A stretch of 64,000 nt of DNA from Escherichia coli (GCF_003018255.1 NZ_CP027440.1), one strand, 5' to 3'; numbered from the stretch's first letter, positions 1-14,706 are shown. Numbers and translations are program-made. Notes: generated by a model not told the origin, from the letters alone.

Positions 1-2216
<2,216 letters not shown>

Positions 2217-2227
2217 ACTCTCCTTAC

Positions 2228-3742
2228 TCAGGCAACTGCCTGGCTGACTTTAGGCATCGCAAGGCTCAGTGCCTGACGCTCATCTGCCTGCTCGTGTAAC
2301 AATTCACCGGCGATTTCGCCTTCCCGCATCACCACAATCCGGTCGGCAACGCCGAGGACTTCAGGTAAGTCGCTGGAGGCAAACAGCACCGCCACACCCT
2401 GCGCCGCCAGCGCATAAATTACGTTATATATTTCGTGCTTAGCACCAACATCAATGCCGCGCGTAGGTTCATCCAGCAAAATGACCTTCATCTCTTCCGA
2501 TAACCAGCGGCCCAGAATGGCTTTTTGCTGATTTCCGCCTGAGAGATTCATGATCAGTTGATCAGCGCCCGGCGTTTTGATGTTGAGCGAACGAATGTGG
2601 TGATCGGCATTGTTTTCTTCCCAACCGTTGTTGATTACACAACCGCCGAGCACATGTGTACGTCTGGCACTGATGTTGATATTGTCGCGAACGGAGTGCA
2701 CGGGAATAATGCCTTCCGCTTTGCGATCTTCCGGGCAGAGCATCATGCCTGCGGCAATGGCGTGGCTCGGTTTACGAATATCGATCGGCTGTTGGTCGAT
2801 ATAAACCTGACCGGCGGTGATTTGCGTCCCGCCAAACATGCCTTTCATTAATTCGCTACGCCCTGCCCCGACCAGACCAAACAGACCGACAATTTCACCA
2901 CTGCGAACCGCCAGACTTATTGGCGTACGTACGCCTGGTGCTTTCACAGCATCAAGACGCAGCCGCTCCTCGCCATAACTACGCGGTTGCCAGCCGTAGA
3001 TATCGCCAATGTCTCGCCCGACCATCGCCTGCACCAGTGCGTCGTGGTCAACCTGCTGCATATCGGTAAAGGTTTTGACATAACGCCCATCTTTAAAGAC
3101 GGTGATGGCATCGCTGAGGGCAAATATTTCTTCCATACGGTGAGAAACGTATAAGATCACCCGCCCCTCTTTTCGCAGTTCACGAATAACGCGGAAAAGA
3201 TTGTCGATTTCGCGGGCAGAGAGGGAGCTGGTTGGCTCATCAAAGGCGATAATTTTGGCGTTACGCGCCAGCGCTTTGGCGATTTCAACCATCTGCCACT
3301 GACCAATGGAGAGATATTTCAGCGGCGTGTCCGGGTCAATATCCATACCAAGATGTTTAAGTTGTAAACCCGCCTCATAATTCAGCAATGAGCGATTCAC
3401 AATGCCGCCTTTATGCGGCAGCTGGCCGAGATAGATGTTTTCCGCGACGGTCATTTCCGGCACGAGATGCAGTTCCTGGTAAATAATCGCCACCCCCGCG
3501 TTAAGTGCTGCGGTCGTGTCGGAAAAGGACATTTCCTGCCCATTAATCACTACAGAACCCGTGGTTGGCGCATAGTTGCCGCTGAGGATTTTTAAGAGAG
3601 TTGATTTTCCTGCGCCATTTTCACCCATCAACGCATGAACCTGACCGGCATAGCAATCAAAACTAATATCCGTCAGCGCCTTAACGCCGGGAAACGTTTT
3701 ACCGATGCCGCGAAATGAGAGATACGGGGTAGACTGTTGCAT
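2228..3742 (-). CDS. araG: L-arabinose ABC transporter ATP-binding protein AraG
   Basis: ORF 2228..3787. Two ABC cassettes (Walker [10 protein letters not shown] and LSGGNQQK signature). Start trimmed to [17 protein letters not shown] (504 aa). Confidence 0.92.
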   Translation of the reverse strand: MQQSTPYLSFRGIGKTFPGVKALTDISFDCYAGQVHALMGENGAGKSTLLKILSGNYAPTTGSVVINGQEMSFSDTTAALNAGVAIIYQELHLVPEMTVAENIYLGQLPHKGGIVNRSLLNYEAGLQLKHLGMDIDPDTPLKYLSIGQWQMVEIAKALARNAKIIAFDEPTSSLSAREIDNLFRVIRELRKEGRVILYVSHRMEEIFALSDAITVFKDGRYVKTFTDMQQVDHDALVQAMVGRDIGDIYGWQPRSYGEERLRLDAVKAPGVRTPISLAVRSGEIVGLFGLVGAGRSELMKGMFGGTQITAGQVYIDQQPIDIRKPSHAIAAGMMLCPEDRKAEGIIPVHSVRDNINISARRTHVLGGCVINNGWEENNADHHIRSLNIKTPGADQLIMNLSGGNQQKAILGRWLSEEMKVILLDEPTRGIDVGAKHEIYNVIYALAAQGVAVLFASSDLPEVLGVADRIVVMREGEIAGELLHEQADERQALSLAMPKVSQAVA

Positions 3743-3811
3743 AACGTCTCCGTGAATCACTGGTCGTTCACACCCCCTCTGCATCATGCAGAGGGGAATT
3801 TTTCCGGCAAA

Positions 3812-4801
3812 TTACTTACCGCCTAAACCTTTTTTCTCCAGTTCTTCTTTAAAGTTGTCACGCGTGATCAATACCACGTCGGTAACTTCGGTAAATTTTG
3901 GCGGTTCAACGTCTTTTGCTACCCAGTTGTAAAGCATTTCGCTGGATTTATAGCCATGTACGTCCGGGCTTGGCAGCAGGGAACCGTAGAAGCCGGTTGC
4001 CTGTGCCTTAGACAGTTCGCTCACCGCATCCACACCGTTAATACCGATACCGATGATATCGGCCGCTTTAAAGCCCTGACCTTCCGTCGCGCGTACGCCG
4101 CCAAGTACGGTGCTGTCGTTCATACCGACGATCAGCCAATGTTTAACTTCCGGATGTTGAACCAGCATTGAGTTGGCAGCGTCAAATGCCCCCGGGATGT
4201 CGTTAGATTTGGTAGGTACCTGATAAATTTGTTTTTCCGGGAATCCTGCAGCTTTCAGCGCATCCATAGACCCCGTAGTACGGCGACGAGCCGTATCCAG
4301 TTCGTTGGCGGTAATCGCCATCACCGCGCTTTCTTTGACATCCCAGCCACGTTTCTGCATCTCTTTATACAGTTCCTGGCCCTGACGTTCGCCAATTTTG
4401 GTCGCTGCCATCATCACCAGCGGAACGGTATCCATTGGCTTGCCTTTGGCGTTAACAAACTGGTCATCCACGGCAATGACTTTCATATCGTAGCCACGCG
4501 CTTTCGCCACGATGGCAGAGCCGAGTTTCGGGTCCGGAGTACAAATAACGAAACCTTTTGCGCCACTGGCAGCCAGGCTGTCGATCGCGTTCAATGTTTT
4601 TTCGCCATCCGGCACGGCAATCTTAATAACTTCAAACCCTAAATCCTTCCCAGCTTTATCGGCAAACTTCCATTCGGTCTGGAACCACGGCTCTTCCGGT
4701 TGCTTCACCAGGAAACCGAGCTTCAGGTTCTCCGCCATAGCGGATTGTGACATAACGGCTGCCAGACCAATGGCTGCCAGGGCTTTAGTAAATTTGTGCA
4801 T
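3812..4801 (-). CDS. araF: L-arabinose-binding periplasmic protein AraF
   Basis: ORF 3812..4852. Start trimmed to MHKFTKALAAIGLAAVMSQSAMA signal peptide followed by ENLKLGFLVKQPEEPWFQTEWKFADKAG. Confidence 0.92.
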   Translation of the reverse strand: MHKFTKALAAIGLAAVMSQSAMAENLKLGFLVKQPEEPWFQTEWKFADKAGKDLGFEVIKIAVPDGEKTLNAIDSLAASGAKGFVICTPDPKLGSAIVAKARGYDMKVIAVDDQFVNAKGKPMDTVPLVMMAATKIGERQGQELYKEMQKRGWDVKESAVMAITANELDTARRRTTGSMDALKAAGFPEKQIYQVPTKSNDIPGAFDAANSMLVQHPEVKHWLIVGMNDSTVLGGVRATEGQGFKAADIIGIGINGVDAVSELSKAQATGFYGSLLPSPDVHGYKSSEMLYNWVAKDVEPPKFTEVTDVVLITRDNFKEELEKKGLGGK

Positions 4802-5597
4802 GGTTCTCTCCAGCTTTAGTGTCGTTTTGTGTAGGGCAAAAACGAATGACATTCGTTAAATTAATCGGAAAACAAAGCATTACCTTTTAACTAAAAGATA
4901 AGTGACTGTGTTGACATAGTTTTAGCGAGAAATTAATTCTCCATAGGAGAGCAATATCACATCGCAGAATTACAGTGAGAACGTGCATAAATTTAGCGGG
5001 AAAAGACATAAGGGAAAGCCAATTTGTCAGACAAATTGTCGAATGCACAGCAGATTAATCCATAAGATTAGCCTGGAAATCCTTGTTGTCTTTGGTACCC
5101 ATGCGGGATGTCTTCTTTTTAACCAGTCAATAGGCCGCATTACCTGGCGTTGAGTTTTTGAAATGGTGTAATAACCACAACTCAAAGATGTGGAAAATGC
5201 GCGTCATTCATTTCGCCATTAATTATCACTGTGCTCATTAATTAACAGAACACGTATAATGAGAGCCATCTCGCAAAAATGAAAAAACGTTTTATAAAAT
5301 CATTGCTTCATCATGAATTCAAACCCACCTATTAATATCAACAAGATACAAAAAGCATCATCATTAAAATTCATTGCAGTTACATTGATTTCATCAATGA
5401 AATGTAAAAATATATAAACTTGATGATTTAAGCATTTTCTTATACCCGTTCAGACGTTATTCTTATTTCAGATCATCGTCAGAATTGACTCCACGATCAC
5501 ATTTCGGACCGGCAGAAAGGAATTATTCTGCAAACAGTAATTATGGTGTTTTGATTTATCTTGCACCTTTCCACTTCTGGATATAAGGATATTAGGT

Positions 5598-6101
5598 ATG
5601 GCAACCGCTGGAATGCTTCTCAAACTCAACTCTCAAATGAACCGCGAGTTTTACGCATCCAATCTCTACCTTCACCTGAGTAACTGGTGTTCTGAACAGA
5701 GTCTGAACGGCACCGCCACTTTCCTTCGCGCCCAGGCACAGAGTAATGTGACCCAAATGATGCGCATGTTTAACTTTATGAAGAGTGTCGGCGCTACCCC
5801 AATCGTTAAAGCCATTGATGTTCCCGGTGAAAAACTGAACTCTCTGGAAGAACTGTTCCAAAAAACGATGGAAGAATACGAGCAACGTTCAAGCACGCTG
5901 GCGCAGTTAGCCGATGAAGCGAAAGAACTGAATGATGATTCAACCGTCAATTTCCTGCGCGATCTGGAAAAAGAACAGCAGCATGATGGCCTGTTGCTGC
6001 AAACCATTCTTGATGAAGTGCGCAGTGCGAAACTTGCGGGTATGTGCCCTGTGCAGACCGACCAACATGTTCTGAATGTCGTGTCGCATCAGCTGCATTG
6101 A
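5598..6101 (+). CDS. ftnB: ferritin-like protein FtnB
   Basis: 167-aa [34 protein letters not shown]..., ferritin fold; paralog of ftnA located 1.3 kb downstream. Confidence 0.9.
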   Translation: MATAGMLLKLNSQMNREFYASNLYLHLSNWCSEQSLNGTATFLRAQAQSNVTQMMRMFNFMKSVGATPIVKAIDVPGEKLNSLEELFQKTMEEYEQRSSTLAQLADEAKELNDDSTVNFLRDLEKEQQHDGLLLQTILDEVRSAKLAGMCPVQTDQHVLNVVSHQLH

Positions 6102-6145
6102 TCATACATCGGCGCTAATGCATTGCGCCGATGAAGTTTTTGAGA

Positions 6146-6182
6146 AACCGCTGCCTCATCTTTTTGAAGCAGCGGTTTTTTT
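6146..6182 (+). terminator. rho-independent terminator downstream of ftnB
   Basis: Stem aaccgctgc (6146-6154) pairs with gcagcggtt (6169-6177), followed by a T7 run. Confidence 0.6.
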
Positions 6183-6432
6183 AATGGGATTCGCCCTGTG
6201 GGGTAAACTTGAGTTCAATCAGCGCGATGGCTTTTTGGATTGCCCGCATGGTGACCGGGTCTGCGGCGGCGGGATGGTTAGTAAAGTCGATATTCTTCAG
6301 CTGGCTGGACATTTTTTCACGAACTTCAACGGGCGCGATTACATCGAGAACATCCAGAATTTGTTTGATAACCAACTGGCAAGCAACCACATCAGAAACC
6401 AGTTCCTGATCGGCATTCAGCGGCTGGGACAT
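6181..6432 (-). CDS. yecJ: DUF2766 family protein YecJ
   Basis: 83-aa [32 protein letters not shown]..., matching the K-12 yecJ position between ftnB and azuC. Confidence 0.85.
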
Positions 6433-6518
6433 CGTAAACTCCTGATAGCATTTTGAAAGCCGTTATAGTAGCGGCTTCACATCTTCAGCGATAGTCACAT
6501 CCACCGTCATCAGGACAC

Positions 6519-6546
6519 AAAAAAACCTGCCGGAGCAGGTTTTTTG
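6519..6546 (-). terminator. rho-independent terminator downstream of azuC
   Basis: Hairpin aacctgc-cgga-gcaggtt flanked by an A7 run (5' side) and a T5 run (3' side) on the plus strand, so it can terminate in either direction. Confidence 0.6.
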
Positions 6547-6633
6547 TTATCGGAACATATTGCCTGGCGGTACGTCTTTGAACGTCTTGCAATAGTTATT
6601 GAACATACTTTTCAGGATTTTGCGCAGTTTCAT
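6547..6633 (-). CDS. azuC: small membrane-associated protein AzuC (28 aa)
   Basis: Minus-strand ORF atgaaactgcgcaaaatcctg... translates to MKLRKILKSMFNNYCKTFKDVPPGNMFR*. It is absent from the supplied ORF track because it is shorter than the track's minimum length. Confidence 0.8.
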   Translation of the reverse strand: MKLRKILKSMFNNYCKTFKDVPPGNMFR

Positions 6634-6895
6634 CGCGGCACTCCAACCATTTGTTATACATGTGTTATTGTCTTTGCGCTTATAATATGACAACCATCAC
6701 AAAAATCAATCTTTATGTGATGTAAATCACATAAATACCCCTTTAATGTTATAAAAATGATAATCAAAAAGCAGCTACCCCATTTCTGACACCTACAGAT
6801 GGCGAGAAATAGCGCCTGCCAGGCGTCTTTTCCGGCCATTGTCGCAGCGCTGTAACGCGTAAAATAGTGCTTTCTTTTACTCTTCTGGCTGGACC

Positions 6896-7219
6896 ATGAG
6901 ACTTCTGATTCTGACTCTTTCATTAATAACGCTGGCGGGGTGTACGGTTACTCGCCAGGCCCATGTGAGCGAAGTTGACGCGGCAACAGGTATTGTACGG
7001 TTGGTTTATGACCAGGCTTTTTTGCAGCATGCCTATACCGATCGTTATGTCAGTCGCGGGATCGCCGATCGCGCATGCCAGCAGGAAGGCTATACCCACG
7101 CTATCCCCTTTGGTCAGCCAGTAGGCAACTGTAGCCTCTTTGCGGGTTCCTTATGTTTGAATACGGAATTCACTTTGTCATATCAGTGCCATCATTCCGC
7201 CTTCCCTGTCTTTCTCTAA
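6896..7219 (+). CDS. yecR: lipoprotein YecR
   Basis: 107-aa ORF with lipoprotein signal MRLLILTLSLITLAGC. Confidence 0.85.
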   Translation: MRLLILTLSLITLAGCTVTRQAHVSEVDAATGIVRLVYDQAFLQHAYTDRYVSRGIADRACQQEGYTHAIPFGQPVGNCSLFAGSLCLNTEFTLSYQCHHSAFPVFL

Positions 7220-7390
7220 ATGTTTTAATCAGCGAGGGGGATCTTCGCTGATTAAATAAATAGCGGTAATGCGTTTTATTCCCATTCGTATTTTTAATAA
7301 ATGAAGTTTATATTTTACCTTTTGCAAATAATAAAATAACAAATTATAGTGACGCCACAGCAACAAATATAACCTTTGTGGAGCACTATC

Positions 7391-7888
7391 ATGCTGAAAC
7401 CAGAAATGATTGAAAAACTTAATGAGCAGATGAACCTGGAACTGTACTCTTCACTGCTTTATCAGCAAATGAGCGCCTGGTGCAGCTATCATACCTTCGA
7501 AGGTGCTGCCGCGTTCCTGCGCCGTCACGCCCAGGAAGAGATGACGCATATGCAGCGTCTGTTTGATTATCTGACTGATACCGGCAACTTACCGCGTATT
7601 AATACCGTTGAATCTCCGTTTGCTGAATATTCCTCACTTGATGAATTATTCCAGGAAACCTATAAACACGAACAATTAATCACGCAGAAAATTAACGAAC
7701 TGGCTCATGCTGCAATGACCAATCAGGATTACCCAACATTTAATTTCCTGCAATGGTATGTTTCTGAGCAACATGAAGAAGAGAAACTGTTCAAATCGAT
7801 TATTGATAAATTAAGTCTGGCAGGCAAAAGCGGCGAAGGTTTGTATTTTATCGACAAAGAACTCTCTACCCTCGACACACAAAACTAA
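7391..7888 (+). CDS. ftnA: ferritin FtnA (iron storage)
   Basis: ORF 7376..7888; start trimmed to [31 protein letters not shown] (165 aa). Confidence 0.93.
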
Positions 7889-7925
7889 TGTTCTCCGGCG
7901 GCAGGTTTACTGCCGCCGTTTCAAA

Positions 7926-8165
7926 TCAGTGACGGCAAATCTTACTCTGATCGGTCGAAAAACCTTCTTCCGAAGGTATAAATTTGCCTTTTGCTGCCAG
8001 AAACGCCACCAACTCTCCCGCAGTCATCCCTTCTGCCGAGCAGGTGCGAAAACGTGCCTGTTCACCAAAACGCGCTTTAATTGCTGCTTCCAGACTGGCA
8101 TGCGTATATTGCTCGCCTGATTCAATCATCATATTTAACACTTCATGACCGTGAATAGAGTCCAT
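7926..8165 (-). CDS. yecH: YecH family protein
   Basis: 79-aa ORF MDSIHGHEVLNMMIESGEQYTHASLEAAIKARFG...; conserved position between ftnA and tyrP. Confidence 0.85.
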   Translation of the reverse strand: MDSIHGHEVLNMMIESGEQYTHASLEAAIKARFGEQARFRTCSAEGMTAGELVAFLAAKGKFIPSEEGFSTDQSKICRH

Positions 8166-8246
8166 CGTTCCTCCTCAAAAAAAGCCTAGCGTAGCGATTG
8201 CCGCTTATGAAGACTTTGCGCCAGCGCAGAACTGAACGCTTTTTAT

Positions 8247-8264
8247 TGTACATTTATATTTACA
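8247..8264 (+). promoter_or_regulatory. candidate TyrR box upstream of tyrP
   Basis: TGTACATTTATATTTACA fits the TGTAAA-N6-TTTACA TyrR box pattern, ~90 bp upstream of the tyrP start. Confidence 0.5.
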
Positions 8265-8355
8265 CCATATGTAACGCCGGTTTGACGAATCAGCCGTTAT
8301 GCCTTAACCTGCGCCGCAGATATCACTCATAAAGATCGTCAGGACAGAAGAAAGC

Positions 8356-9567
8356 GTGAAAAACAGAACTCTGGGAAGTGTTTTTATCGTGGCGGGAACC
8401 ACAATTGGCGCAGGCATGCTGGCAATGCCGCTGGCTGCGGCAGGTGTTGGTTTTAGCGTCACGTTAATCTTGTTGATTGGGCTTTGGGCGTTGATGTGCT
8501 ACACGGCGCTATTACTACTGGAGGTGTACCAGCATGTCCCGGCAGATACCGGTCTGGGCACGCTGGCAAAACGCTATCTAGGACGCTACGGTCAGTGGCT
8601 GACGGGCTTCAGTATGATGTTCTTAATGTATGCTCTGACTGCGGCATACATCAGCGGTGCCGGTGAATTGTTGGCCTCCAGCATCAGCGACTGGACAGGT
8701 ATTTCAATGTCGGCAACCGCTGGCGTGCTGTTGTTCACTTTTGTTGCCGGTGGCGTGGTTTGTGTCGGGACATCGCTGGTCGATTTATTTAACCGTTTTC
8801 TGTTCAGCGCCAAAATTATTTTTCTGGTGGTGATGCTGGTATTGCTGCTACCGCATATTCACAAAGTGAATCTTTTAACCCTGCCGTTGCAACAGGGACT
8901 GGCACTGTCTGCAATCCCGGTGATTTTTACGTCGTTTGGTTTTCACGGTAGCGTGCCGAGTATTGTCAGCTATATGGATGGCAACATTCGTAAGCTACGC
9001 TGGGTGTTTATAATCGGTAGTGCGATCCCCCTGGTGGCATATATTTTCTGGCAGCTGGCGACCCTTGGCAGCATTGATTCAACAACCTTTATGGGATTGC
9101 TGGCTAATCATGCCGGATTAAACGGGCTGTTACAGGCGTTACGCGAAATGGTGGCCTCTCCGCATGTTGAGCTGGCAGTGCATTTATTTGCTGATTTAGC
9201 CCTCGCCACGTCCTTCCTCGGCGTAGCGTTAGGCTTATTTGATTATCTGGCAGATTTGTTTCAGCGTTCAAATACCGTTGGTGGACGATTGCAAACTGGT
9301 GCAATTACCTTTCTGCCGCCACTGGCGTTTGCACTGTTTTATCCACGAGGATTTGTGATGGCGCTGGGTTACGCCGGTGTGGCGCTGGCGGTACTGGCAT
9401 TGATTATCCCTTCGCTGTTGACCTGGCAAAGCAGGAAGCACAATCCTCAGGCGGGTTACCGGGTGAAAGGTGGTCGTCCGGCGCTGGTGGTGGTGTTTCT
9501 CTGTGGTATTGCTGTGATTGGCGTGCAATTTTTGATTGCGGCAGGCTTGTTACCAGAAGTGGGGTGA
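8356..9567 (+). CDS. tyrP: tyrosine-specific transport protein TyrP
   Basis: 403-aa multi-pass membrane [36 protein letters not shown]... Confidence 0.93.
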   Translation: MKNRTLGSVFIVAGTTIGAGMLAMPLAAAGVGFSVTLILLIGLWALMCYTALLLLEVYQHVPADTGLGTLAKRYLGRYGQWLTGFSMMFLMYALTAAYISGAGELLASSISDWTGISMSATAGVLLFTFVAGGVVCVGTSLVDLFNRFLFSAKIIFLVVMLVLLLPHIHKVNLLTLPLQQGLALSAIPVIFTSFGFHGSVPSIVSYMDGNIRKLRWVFIIGSAIPLVAYIFWQLATLGSIDSTTFMGLLANHAGLNGLLQALREMVASPHVELAVHLFADLALATSFLGVALGLFDYLADLFQRSNTVGGRLQTGAITFLPPLAFALFYPRGFVMALGYAGVALAVLALIIPSLLTWQSRKHNPQAGYRVKGGRPALVVVFLCGIAVIGVQFLIAAGLLPEVG

Positions 9568-9617
9568 TTAGATTCTTATTGGGTGCCAGAATTAACGCTG
9601 ACACCCAATTTGACCTC

Positions 9618-10283
9618 TTAATGCAGGCAGCACTGCTTAAATTTCTTACCACTACCGCACGGACAAGGATCGTTACGCCCCGGTTTCTCTTCTGCTTTGA
9701 TAGGTTGCTGAACAGCTTTTTCCTGCGGATGCGCCATCCAGTATGCATGTAAATCAAGCGCCGCCAGTCGAATAGCATCTACGCTCTCTTCAAACGCTTC
9801 TGGCGACATCTTCTCTACCCGCTCGAAGTTTTCCTCAGTACCGTGCAGCGCAATCGCATCCAGCGCTGGTTTTAACGAATCGGGCAACGTTGACCAGTCA
9901 GAAAGTGCCACGCCCCGCATATAGCCAAAGCACCACTCCTCAACAATCGTCAGCTCGCTGCCATCGACTTCTCGCAAGCCGAATAACGGCTCAAACTGCT
10001 CCGGGAATTCGTTCAGACGCTCTGCGGTATCAGCCATATGTTGAAAAGCCAGGTTCATAAAGCGCGTCATCTCTTTCTCTGACGCCCAGCGCGGCACATA
10101 GTCAGCCCCACCCCACACGGCAACCAGCCACTGTGCCGGTTCAATCTCTTGCGGAGAACTCAACACCGCCGTCAATAAACCGTCCAGCTCCGCCACATCA
10201 AGAATGGCGTGGTCAGTGTTGTATTTGGTCAGAATATCGTCCAGCCATTCCAACTCACTTTCGTTTAACGGTCCCGTTTTCAT
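9618..10283 (-). CDS. yecA: UPF0149 protein YecA with C-terminal SEC-C metal-binding motif
   Basis: 221-aa ORF ending ...[20 protein letters not shown] (SecA-like zinc-binding C-terminus). Confidence 0.9.
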   Translation of the reverse strand: MKTGPLNESELEWLDDILTKYNTDHAILDVAELDGLLTAVLSSPQEIEPAQWLVAVWGGADYVPRWASEKEMTRFMNLAFQHMADTAERLNEFPEQFEPLFGLREVDGSELTIVEEWCFGYMRGVALSDWSTLPDSLKPALDAIALHGTEENFERVEKMSPEAFEESVDAIRLAALDLHAYWMAHPQEKAVQQPIKAEEKPGRNDPCPCGSGKKFKQCCLH

Positions 10284-10478
10284 ACGCTTTTCCTTGTGGA
10301 TCTCAACTCGCCAGCACCTATCTTACATGCCGGTCCGTATCAGAGATACTTTTTGAGTGGCTTTGCCGGTGATTAAAAATTAAGGAGGGTGTAACGACAA
10401 GTTGCAGGCACAAAAAAACCACCCGAAGGTGGTTTCACGACACTGCTTATTGCTTTGATTTTATTCTTATCTTTCCCA

Positions 10479-10565
10479 TGGTACCCGGAGCGGGACTTGA
10501 ACCCGCACAGCGCGAACGCCGAGGGATTTTAAATCCCTTGTGTCTACCGATTCCACCATCCGGGC
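10479..10565 (-). tRNA. leuZ: tRNA-Leu (anticodon TAA)
   Basis: Reverse complement GCCCGGATGGTGGAATCGGTAGACACAAGGGATTTAAAATCCC...GGGTTCAAGTCCCGCTCCGGGTACCA; 87 nt with long variable arm and CCA end. Confidence 0.93.
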
Positions 10566-10577
10566 TCGGGAAGAAAG

Positions 10578-10651
10578 TGGAGGCGCGTTCCGGAGTCGAA
10601 CCGGACTAGACGGATTTGCAATCCGCTACATAACCGCTTTGTTAACGCGCC
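10578..10651 (-). tRNA. cysT: tRNA-Cys (anticodon GCA)
   Basis: Reverse complement GGCGCGTTAACAAAGCGGTTATGTAGCGGATTGCAAATCCGTCTAGTCCGGTTCGACTCCGGAACGCGCCTCCA; 74 nt. Confidence 0.93.
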
Positions 10652-10705
10652 AAATTCTTCAGGCCTTTCAGCCAGACATCCGCTTGACGCCGATGTCTTT
10701 TAAAC

Positions 10706-10781
<76 letters not shown>

Positions 10782-10932
10782 ATTCATCAAGCAATCAGTT
10801 AATCACTTGATTTTATTATCGTCTGGCAATCAGTGCCGCCGTTCGATGCGTTGCATTCTACTTACCTGGCGCGATGAGTCAACGATATTTTTCACCACTT
10901 TTGATCGTTTGCTGAAAATTGCGCCGAAACGA

Positions 10933-11481
10933 TCACTGATCAAGCAAATCTGCACGCGCAGCGCTCAAATATTGCAACATTGACCACAGAGTCAGTACCG
11001 CAGCCACAAAGAAAAGTGCAATACCGGCGTACTCAACCCAAATGTTCGGACGCCACAGCAGCCAGGCCAGCGCCACCATCTGGGCAGTGGTTTTCACTTT
11101 CCCAATCCAGGAGACAGCCACGCTACTGCGTTTACCCAACTCCGCCATCCATTCGCGTAACGCAGAAATAATAATTTCACGGGCGATCATCGTTGCTGCC
11201 GGTAAGGTCACCCACCAGCTGTGATAATGCTCGGTTACCAGCACCATGGCGATAGCCACGAGAACTTTATCTGCTACAGGGTCAAGGAAAGCACCAAACC
11301 GGGTACTCTGGTTCCAGCGGCGTGCCAGAAAACCATCGAACCAGTCAGTCACCGCCGCGACGCAGAAAATGAGCGCGGCGGCAAACGGCGACCAGGTGAC
11401 AGGCAGATAAAAGACCAATACAAAGAATGGGATAAGGATGACACGGAACAGTGTAAGCAACGTAGGGATATTAAATTGCAT
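10933..11481 (-). CDS. pgsA: CDP-diacylglycerol--glycerol-3-phosphate 3-phosphatidyltransferase PgsA
   Basis: 182-aa [28 protein letters not shown]... with the CDP-alcohol phosphatidyltransferase motif region DGFLAR...G...D...D. Confidence 0.93.
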
Positions 11482-11537
11482 AATGACGGGTAACTATCTG
11501 TTGTCAGTAAGATTACCCCTATGTTGCTACAGAGACA

Positions 11538-13370
11538 TCAATGTTTCAACGACCAGAAGATCTTTTCTGCCAGACCTTGCGAAATACCCGGCACTTTTGC
11601 AATTTCCTCGACGCTGGCGTTACGTAAACCTTGCAAACCGCCCATATATTTCAACAACATTTGCCGACGTTTTGGCCCGACGCCTTCAATGGTTTCCAGG
11701 GAACTGGTATTTTTGACCTTCGCCCGTTTTTTACGGTGCCCGCCAATCGCGTGATCGTGTGATTCATCGCGAATATGCTGGATAACATGCAGTGCGGGAG
11801 AATCTGGCGGCAAACTGAATCCCTCACCTTCCGGCTCAAAGAACAGCGTTTCCAGCCCAGCCTTACGATCTGCTCCTTTGGCAACGCCTAGTAGCAGCGG
11901 ATGATTTTTATCCCATGAGACATCCAGTTCGGCGAAAACATTTTTCGCCTGCGCAAGTTGGCCTTTGCCGCCGTCGATAAGGATCACATCCGGGATCTTA
12001 CTCTCGTCGATGGCTTTACCATAACGCCGACGCAGCACCTGATTCATCGCCGCATAATCATCGCCCGGCGTGATGCCAGTAATGTTATAGCGTCGATACT
12101 CCGCACGCAGCGGGCCGTTAGCATCAAACACCACACAGGAAGCGACGGTTTGTTCCCCCATGGTATGGCTGATGTCAAAGCATTCCATCCGCTTCACTTC
12201 CGGCAATTTCAACACGCTGGCAAGCGCGGTCAGTCGCTGGTGAACGGTAGATTGCTGCGAAAGTTTGCTGGTTAAGGCCGTCGCCGCATTGGTGCGCGCG
12301 AGTTTCAGATAACGCGCCCGATCGCCGCGAGGTTTGGTTTGAACATTAATCTTGCGTCCCGCCAGTTCTGAAAGGGAATCGGCGAGCAGCGTTTTATCGC
12401 TAAGATTAAAATCGAGCAGGATCTCACCCGGTAAGGTGCGCATCTGGCTGCCTTGTAAATAGAACTGACCTACGAAGGTTTCCACCACCTCGCTCAGTTC
12501 CGTACCGCCAGGCACTTTCGGGAAATAGCTGCGGCTGCCGAGCACTTTACCCTGACGAATGAACAATACGTGGACACAAGCCATGCCCGCATCGAACGCC
12601 ACACCAATAACGTCGAGGTCGTCGCCGGTATTGGACACAAACTGTTTTTCGGTGACGCGTCGCACCGCCTGAATTTGGTCGCGAATACGTGCCGCTTCTT
12701 CAAACTCCAGATTCTGGCTGGCAGTTTCCATACGACTAATGAGTTGCGTAAGCACCTGATCATCTTTGCCAGACAAAAACAGGCGCACATACTCGACCTG
12801 CTGAGCGTATTCTTCTTCACTCACCAGTCCTTCAACGCACGGTCCCAGACAGCGCCCTATCTGATATTGCAGACACGGACGCGAGCGATTGCGATAAACA
12901 CTATTTTCGCACTGGCGAATGGGGAATATCTTTTGCAGTAGCGCCAGTGTTTCACGTACGGCATAGCCATTCGGGAACGGGCCGAAATATTCACCTTTAG
13001 CATGCTTCGCACCACGATGCATCGCCAGACGCGGATGGGTATCGCCACTCAGGAAGATAAAGGGATAAGATTTATCATCGCGTAGCAAAACGTTGTAACG
13101 CGGCTGATAGAGTTTGATGTAGTTGTGTTCCAGCAACAGCGCTTCGGTTTCTGTATGAGTAACCGTTACATCAATTTGCTGGATCTGGGCGACCAGCGCT
13201 TCGGTTTTGCGCGAAGCGAGGTTGCTACGGAAATAGCTGGAAAGCCGTTTTTTCAGGTCTTTCGCTTTGCCGACATAGATAACCGTACCACCAGCATCGT
13301 ACATGCGATAAACGCCTGGCTGGCTGGTTACGGTTTTTAAAAACGCTTTTGCGTCAAACTGATCACTCAC
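11538..13370 (-). CDS. uvrC: excinuclease ABC subunit C UvrC
   Basis: 610-aa [50 protein letters not shown] (GIY-YIG N-terminal domain). Confidence 0.95.
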   Translation of the reverse strand: MSDQFDAKAFLKTVTSQPGVYRMYDAGGTVIYVGKAKDLKKRLSSYFRSNLASRKTEALVAQIQQIDVTVTHTETEALLLEHNYIKLYQPRYNVLLRDDKSYPFIFLSGDTHPRLAMHRGAKHAKGEYFGPFPNGYAVRETLALLQKIFPIRQCENSVYRNRSRPCLQYQIGRCLGPCVEGLVSEEEYAQQVEYVRLFLSGKDDQVLTQLISRMETASQNLEFEEAARIRDQIQAVRRVTEKQFVSNTGDDLDVIGVAFDAGMACVHVLFIRQGKVLGSRSYFPKVPGGTELSEVVETFVGQFYLQGSQMRTLPGEILLDFNLSDKTLLADSLSELAGRKINVQTKPRGDRARYLKLARTNAATALTSKLSQQSTVHQRLTALASVLKLPEVKRMECFDISHTMGEQTVASCVVFDANGPLRAEYRRYNITGITPGDDYAAMNQVLRRRYGKAIDESKIPDVILIDGGKGQLAQAKNVFAELDVSWDKNHPLLLGVAKGADRKAGLETLFFEPEGEGFSLPPDSPALHVIQHIRDESHDHAIGGHRKKRAKVKNTSSLETIEGVGPKRRQMLLKYMGGLQGLRNASVEEIAKVPGISQGLAEKIFWSLKH

Positions 13371-14023
13371 TGACTTGATAATGTCTCCGCATTACACAGA
13401 CCATGGCGAATTGCCAGGTGAGTCAGCTCAACATCGCCATGAATGTTTAGTTTACTGAACATACGATAGCGGTAGCTGTTCACCGTTTTCGGACTGAGAT
13501 TGAGCTGTTCTGAGATCTCATTGACCTTCTGGCCCTTGGTGATCATCAGCATAATCTGCAATTCACGTTCAGACAAACTGGCAAATGGGCTTTCTGTTTT
13601 TTCTGGTTCGATCTGGCTTAACGCCATTTGTTGAGCGATGTCAGAAGCAATGTAACGCTGCCCTGAATAGACAGAACGGATCGCACTCACAACTTCCTGC
13701 GGAGCCGCGCCTTTGCTGAGGTAGCCCGCAGCACCGGCCTGCATGACTTTCGCTGGTAAAGGGTTTTCTGTATGGACGGTAAGCATGATGATTTTAACAT
13801 CAGCTGTGGAACGCGCGATTTTACGCGTCGCCTCAAGGCCGCCAATGCCCGGCATACTCATGTCCATTAGCACCACGTCAACGGCATTTGCCCGGCACCA
13901 TTTAACGGCGTCTTCACCGCACGATGCCTCTCCGACGACTTTTATACCCTTTATATCTTCCAGAATGCGTCGTATCCCTGCGCGCACCAGTTCGTGGTCA
14001 TCAACAAGTAGAACGTTGATCAA
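13367..14023 (-). CDS. uvrY: response regulator UvrY (BarA/UvrY two-component system, LuxR/FixJ family)
   Basis: 218-aa [26 protein letters not shown]... with receiver domain and C-terminal HTH; overlaps the uvrC start by 4 bp. Confidence 0.93.
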   Translation of the reverse strand: MINVLLVDDHELVRAGIRRILEDIKGIKVVGEASCGEDAVKWCRANAVDVVLMDMSMPGIGGLEATRKIARSTADVKIIMLTVHTENPLPAKVMQAGAAGYLSKGAAPQEVVSAIRSVYSGQRYIASDIAQQMALSQIEPEKTESPFASLSERELQIMLMITKGQKVNEISEQLNLSPKTVNSYRYRMFSKLNIHGDVELTHLAIRHGLCNAETLSSQ

Positions 14024-14481
14024 AGGAATATCTCCAGAAATAGGGATAACGCTACTGATAGTTAGTCATTCGTATATTAGCGGTTTTTATTGCAACTTTG
14101 AAACGTTAAAAATGGTGGGTATTCGATTTTTCTCTCGTTTTTGTAAATTCGATTGTCCACAGTTATGGTCACGCCCGTCACCAACGGCTTCCGGGATCGT
14201 TTCACTGTAAGCCCTGCGATGAAATGTGACAAAAATTGACTTTATTCAGCAAAAATGAAAATCAGCCCGCTGAATATGTAACATTAATTAACCCGAACAA
14301 TACGGGCAAAAAACATTCATGATAAAAATATTTATTGGTCATTATATTAACGTATTTTATAGCACTGCCGATATCACGCTCAAAAAACAACCACTGCTAT
14401 TTTTAGCAAAGCTTATGGTATACTCCGCCGCCTTAACATTTTTCACCGCAAATTTTCATTGCAACATGACGAGGAAAATAA

Positions 14482-14706
14482 ATGAGTACGCCTGATTTTT
14501 CTACTGCCGAGAATAATCAAGAACTGGCAAATGAAGTCTCCTGCCTGAAAGCGATGCTGACGCTGATGCTGCAGGCGATGGGACAAGCTGACGCGGGCCG
14601 CGTGATGTTAAAGATGGAAAAACAGCTTGCGCTGATCGAAGACGAAACCCAGGCTGCAGTATTTTCCAAAACGGTTAAGCAAATTAAACAAGCCTACCGT
14701 CAGTAA
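14482..14706 (+). CDS. yecF: uncharacterised protein YecF
   Basis: 74-aa [42 protein letters not shown]... Confidence 0.8.

Noticed and set aside
5279-5335. 18-codon ORF (MKKRFIKSLLHHEFKPTY) in the araF-ftnB intergenic region with an upstream TATAAT-like hexamer
   Set aside because: Too short and without a convincing Shine-Dalgarno sequence to call from sequence alone; left as a possibility for small-protein discovery.
6654-6923. 89-aa minus-strand ORF upstream of yecR
   Set aside because: Lies in AT-rich intergenic DNA, overlaps the yecR start region and has no recognisable domain.
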